Positions 60,794 to 64,000 of a stretch of DNA of 64,000 nucleotides are shown one piece after another (the first letter of the stretch is position 1; each line of letters starts with the position of its first letter). The translations under genes and the position numbers were made by a program. The notes below the pieces were generated by a model. It saw only the letters and a list, made by a program, of their open reading frames with translations. It had not been told where the DNA came from and made no database searches. The stretch is from a virus (Duplodnaviria > Caudoviricetes). The DNA lies in IMG/VR virus record IMGVR_UViG_3300037418_002116. One strand, given 5' to 3'.

Positions 60794-61684
60794 TTACCAT
60801 GCGTTCCATGAACCTAGTACATCTTTTCCATCCTCACTTTTTCCATCATCTATAGTTCCTTCGATTGCATCAAATCTTATTTTGAATGTATCTAAGAAAC
60901 CGTCTCGGGTGCCTGCATCAAAGCGGCTAAAGCAAATGCTTACTGCCTTATCGATATCTTTCCAGATACCGACTGCTTTGATAATCTGTACAAGTCGTCT
61001 TGTTGAAATCGTATGCTCTATCATCCCATTTTCATAGGATTTGCGGGCGTCACCGGCAAATTCGACAAGAGCTTTGATTAGATTGGCTGTATTCTCGATA
61101 TTATAATGTTTTGCAACATTTGTCAATATCTTTTTTTCGGTTTCTTTGTCCGGATACGAACATTCGAATGTGGAAGGGAAGCGCTCTAGGAAAGCTTCAT
61201 TCAGAACTTGTGTTCCGACGAATGAGCCCGAGGCATCACCGGTTCCTTTCGTATTGGCAGTCGCAAAAATCTGAAAACCGGGCTTGGGCACAACCCATTC
61301 GCCGGTCTTCTTCATAAGGTATCCCTCGCCTTCAAGGATGCTCTGTAGACACATAATCAGCATCGGGGATGCCAAGTCCACTTCGTCAAGCAGAAGCACT
61401 CCACCAGCCTCCATTGCCGCCAGAACCGGCCCTTTCTCGACAACGGTGTTACCGTCTTTCAAGCGCATACCGCCGATCATATCGTCTTCATTGGTTTCGA
61501 AGGTGATATTCAACCGGTAATATTCTCGCTTGGCGGTAGCACATATGTGCTTGATCATTTCCGTTTTGCCGCAACCGGACAGTCCTGTCAGCATACAGGG
61601 ATAGAAGTAGCCAGATTTCAGAAGTGTGGCCACATCGTCATAAACCCCAAATGGAATGAAAAGAGGATCGACTTTAGGTATCAA
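60794..61684 (-). CDS. cobS: MoxR-type AAA+ ATPase (phage CobS-like)
   Basis: GLSGCGKT, LLLDEVD, TANTKGTG, NEAFLERF, ISTRRLV; TTG start. Confidence 0.9.
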   Translation of the reverse strand: MIPKVDPLFIPFGVYDDVATLLKSGYFYPCMLTGLSGCGKTEMIKHICATAKREYYRLNITFETNEDDMIGGMRLKDGNTVVEKGPVLAAMEAGGVLLLDEVDLASPMLIMCLQSILEGEGYLMKKTGEWVVPKPGFQIFATANTKGTGDASGSFVGTQVLNEAFLERFPSTFECSYPDKETEKKILTNVAKHYNIENTANLIKALVEFAGDARKSYENGMIEHTISTRRLVQIIKAVGIWKDIDKAVSICFSRFDAGTRDGFLDTFKIRFDAIEGTIDDGKSEDGKDVLGSWNAW

Positions 61685-63360
61685 ATTGAACCACCAAAAA
61701 CAGACATTTTTTCTGTAATGTCATCAATAAAAATCTTAGGATTATTCTTCATTAAGTCTCTGCCAATGAAGAATGCACCAGTGCACGTATCGGTTTTCCT
61801 ATACTCATATTCGCCGCCATTTCCAATATGATAAACCCACACATTGGAACCGGTTCGATGGCGAAGAATTTTCATAAGCGGTCCTACAGAATTTCTATAA
61901 CCAAGATAATTTTCGCACATGTCAACCATGAAATTCGATTTTTTGTCGGTGTAATTGTCGGCATAAATCGTGTCTGTGCAACCTCCGTCCGTGATGAAGA
62001 TCGTATTCATGATATCGATCCGGTTCCTCTCCATAAAATCCAGAACCATTGTTTTGGCATAGTGGATTGTGGAGCTTAGTGGAGTTGATGATTCCGGCGT
62101 CCTGTTTTTCAGTCGCAATGCCCTCGAAAGAATTTTCGAAGCGGGATCAGCCGACGAAAGCAAAGGAACCAAACCAAAATCGCATTCAATAAGTTCACAT
62201 GTATGCGGTGAATCCTGAAATCCGTAAGCTTCGAATGGCATCGACAACTGCTTACAGAACATCGTCAAAAGGTACAGATGTTCCACAACATTCTCCCATA
62301 CTCCCTTCATGGAGCCGGACATATCCACATAGATGACAAATCCGTGATTTTTCTGTCGATCTACAATCGTGCGGCGAAGCATCACATCATCGTTGTATCG
62401 GTAAGTATGCAGCTTTAATGGGTCCAGCATACCAGTATCAGCCATCAAATTTCTGGCATACAGCCGGGCATTCTTTTTCCTCTGAAATACCGAAACCATC
62501 CGATTAATAAGTTGTTTGGCTGGCATGACCGTATCTTCCGGAAGCTCTTCTTCAAACGAATAAGCCTTGGTCAACACACGGTTAAAATCAGAATCCGGAA
62601 CCACGACATGGCCACGATTATACCACTGGTTTTGTGGAGTACTTTCGATAACCGCTATCTTGATACCAAGTTTTTCAAGAGCTTGAAGGGTCTTGACTTG
62701 GCATTTCTTTCCTTCGCCTTCACCACCAAAAACACCGACTTGTAGAACAATCTCAACATCAGATGTTTTTTCTTCTTCCGGTAACTTCTTAAAGAAATCA
62801 TCGGCAATCTGTTTGATTTCGTCAAACGTCTTGGCAGCGTTTGTTCTATCTATCCATATTTGTTCATCTGATGTGAACCGCAATTCATATGGATTGCCAA
62901 TTGGCATTGTCTTGAAATACAGATTGAGCCGGTCAATGAGCGACATAGCTTGCGCCGCTACCAGATCACCTTGCAATCGCCAAAGATCAAGCTCATAGAT
63001 CAATTCATGAATGCCTTCCGCATACCATTTTTTCATGGCGACATAGCGTTGTGGCATCAACCGATCAATTCTCGCATCCTCGAAAACGTTCAGGATATCT
63101 CGATAGACGGCACGACTGTTTTTTGGACGACTACGAATCGCATTAAGCCATTCTTCGGCAGGCGTGAAGATCGCATGAGAAATCTCATGACAAAGAAGAA
63201 ACCGCTGCAATTGACGGGAGCCATCCCATGCCGGAAGGTATAGGACTCTGGCTTCAAGATCAAAGCAGGCGGTTTCTAGGGAGGCGTCTATCGAAACCCT
63301 AATGTTTTCCTTGGCAAGTATATTAGAGAAAACATTAGCATACTCAATAGAAAATTTCAT
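61681..63360 (-). CDS. Metallopeptidase-VWA protein (phage CobT-like partner of CobS)
   Basis: LCHEISH (HExxH), NVFEDARID, YVDMSGSM (MIDAS), STPL, FITDG. Confidence 0.85.
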   Translation of the reverse strand: MKFSIEYANVFSNILAKENIRVSIDASLETACFDLEARVLYLPAWDGSRQLQRFLLCHEISHAIFTPAEEWLNAIRSRPKNSRAVYRDILNVFEDARIDRLMPQRYVAMKKWYAEGIHELIYELDLWRLQGDLVAAQAMSLIDRLNLYFKTMPIGNPYELRFTSDEQIWIDRTNAAKTFDEIKQIADDFFKKLPEEEKTSDVEIVLQVGVFGGEGEGKKCQVKTLQALEKLGIKIAVIESTPQNQWYNRGHVVVPDSDFNRVLTKAYSFEEELPEDTVMPAKQLINRMVSVFQRKKNARLYARNLMADTGMLDPLKLHTYRYNDDVMLRRTIVDRQKNHGFVIYVDMSGSMKGVWENVVEHLYLLTMFCKQLSMPFEAYGFQDSPHTCELIECDFGLVPLLSSADPASKILSRALRLKNRTPESSTPLSSTIHYAKTMVLDFMERNRIDIMNTIFITDGGCTDTIYADNYTDKKSNFMVDMCENYLGYRNSVGPLMKILRHRTGSNVWVYHIGNGGEYEYRKTDTCTGAFFIGRDLMKNNPKIFIDDITEKMSVFGGSI

Positions 63361-63737
63361 ATGGCGTTTTTAAAGTCTTCCAAAAATGATTTCAATTTAA
63401 CAATGCGGGCGACACGTTCTTTGCGAGCAAGAAGCTCATTCTCTACTTTTAAAAGGGCTTCTTGACGTTCCATATCAAGTATGGCTGTCTGCATTACGAA
63501 ATCATGGAAATCTTGATCAAGTTTAATTCTATTTGAGTGGAAAGTCTTACCACCTGTCCCCAATCCGAGTTTGAAACAATGACTTCCTTCGGATACGGTA
63601 ACACTAATATCTTTTCCATAGTGTACCGTAGCATATCCACTATAGTAGTCAGTACTAGTCACATGATGACGAATACAAGTATTAACTAGCTCTTCATAGA
63701 TTTTCTGATGTTCAATATCAGCTTCTTCTCTGGTCAT
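63357..63737 (-). CDS. Hypothetical protein
   Basis: 126 aa, coupled. Confidence 0.7.
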   Translation of the reverse strand: MTREEADIEHQKIYEELVNTCIRHHVTSTDYYSGYATVHYGKDISVTVSEGSHCFKLGLGTGGKTFHSNRIKLDQDFHDFVMQTAILDMERQEALLKVENELLARKERVARIVKLKSFLEDFKNAI

Positions 63738-64000
63738 TTACGGAGTCCCATTAGTTTGTTTGTGGAATAGGTGATGCCAGTACGCTTAGCGCACTTCTTC
63801 ACCATCATGTCGATTTTCAGTTTGGAAAAACCAGCAAAGAATGGCTTGCCATCGATATGGCACATTTCGTGCTGGATAATGCGAGCGGTCAAACCGGAAA
63901 GTGTGGACTCTTTCTCGTCACCGTCAATGTTCTGATATTGTACCGTGATTGTCTTGTGTCGCTCCACCTTGGCGATAAGGCCGGGAAAGCTCAAACATCC
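63734..64000 (-). CDS. def: Peptide deformylase (partial, N-terminus outside window)
   Basis: GCLSFPG and QHEMCHIDG motifs. Confidence 0.88.
   Translation of the reverse strand, partial: GCLSFPGLIAKVERHKTITVQYQNIDGDEKESTLSGLTARIIQHEMCHIDGKPFFAGFSKLKIDMMVKKCAKRTGITYSTNKLMGLRK

Noticed and set aside
60794-63360. Cobalamin biosynthesis auxiliary genes
   Set aside because: The motifs indicate a generic MoxR AAA/VWA-peptidase pair; no CobN or other cob genes are in the window
1-64000. CRISPR array
   Set aside because: No run of regularly spaced identical repeats was seen; the Tat-module and RNA-motif repeats are irregular and explained otherwise

Overview
This window is part of the genome of a large T4-like (myovirus-type) phage, most likely infecting an alphaproteobacterium of the Rhizobiales. 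The host is inferred from an Omp25/RopB-like outer-membrane protein, an ExsH-like GH16 glycanase and a class II ribonucleotide reductase. Almost all genes are on the minus strand. The right end carries the T4-type replication module (peptide deformylase, VWA/CobT-like, CobS-like AAA, gp45, gp44, gp62, RegA, gp43, UvsX, gp41). The middle has late/virion genes, including a set of proteins with a capsid-targeting-like N-terminus, a holin/spanin cassette, primase, ThyX and NrdJ. The left part is a dense accessory region with six tRNAs or tRNA-like RNAs; a seventh, tRNA-Ala, lies at 34.9 kb. The strongest oddities are: (1) four tandem, translationally coupled genes that each start with a twin-arginine (Tat) signal peptide, two of them fused to recognisable pieces of the T4 major capsid protein gp23, followed by a duplicated structured RNA motif; (2) a 132-nt tRNA-like RNA with a hugely expanded variable region; (3) a phage MotA/ExbB + MotB/ExbD-like membrane motor operon; (4) a DNA polymerase gene that can only start at ATT, amid many TTG-starting replication genes and an initiator-like tRNA lacking the three G-C anticodon-stem pairs; (5) several candidate structured RNAs. 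All protein family calls come from motif recognition by eye, without database searches.
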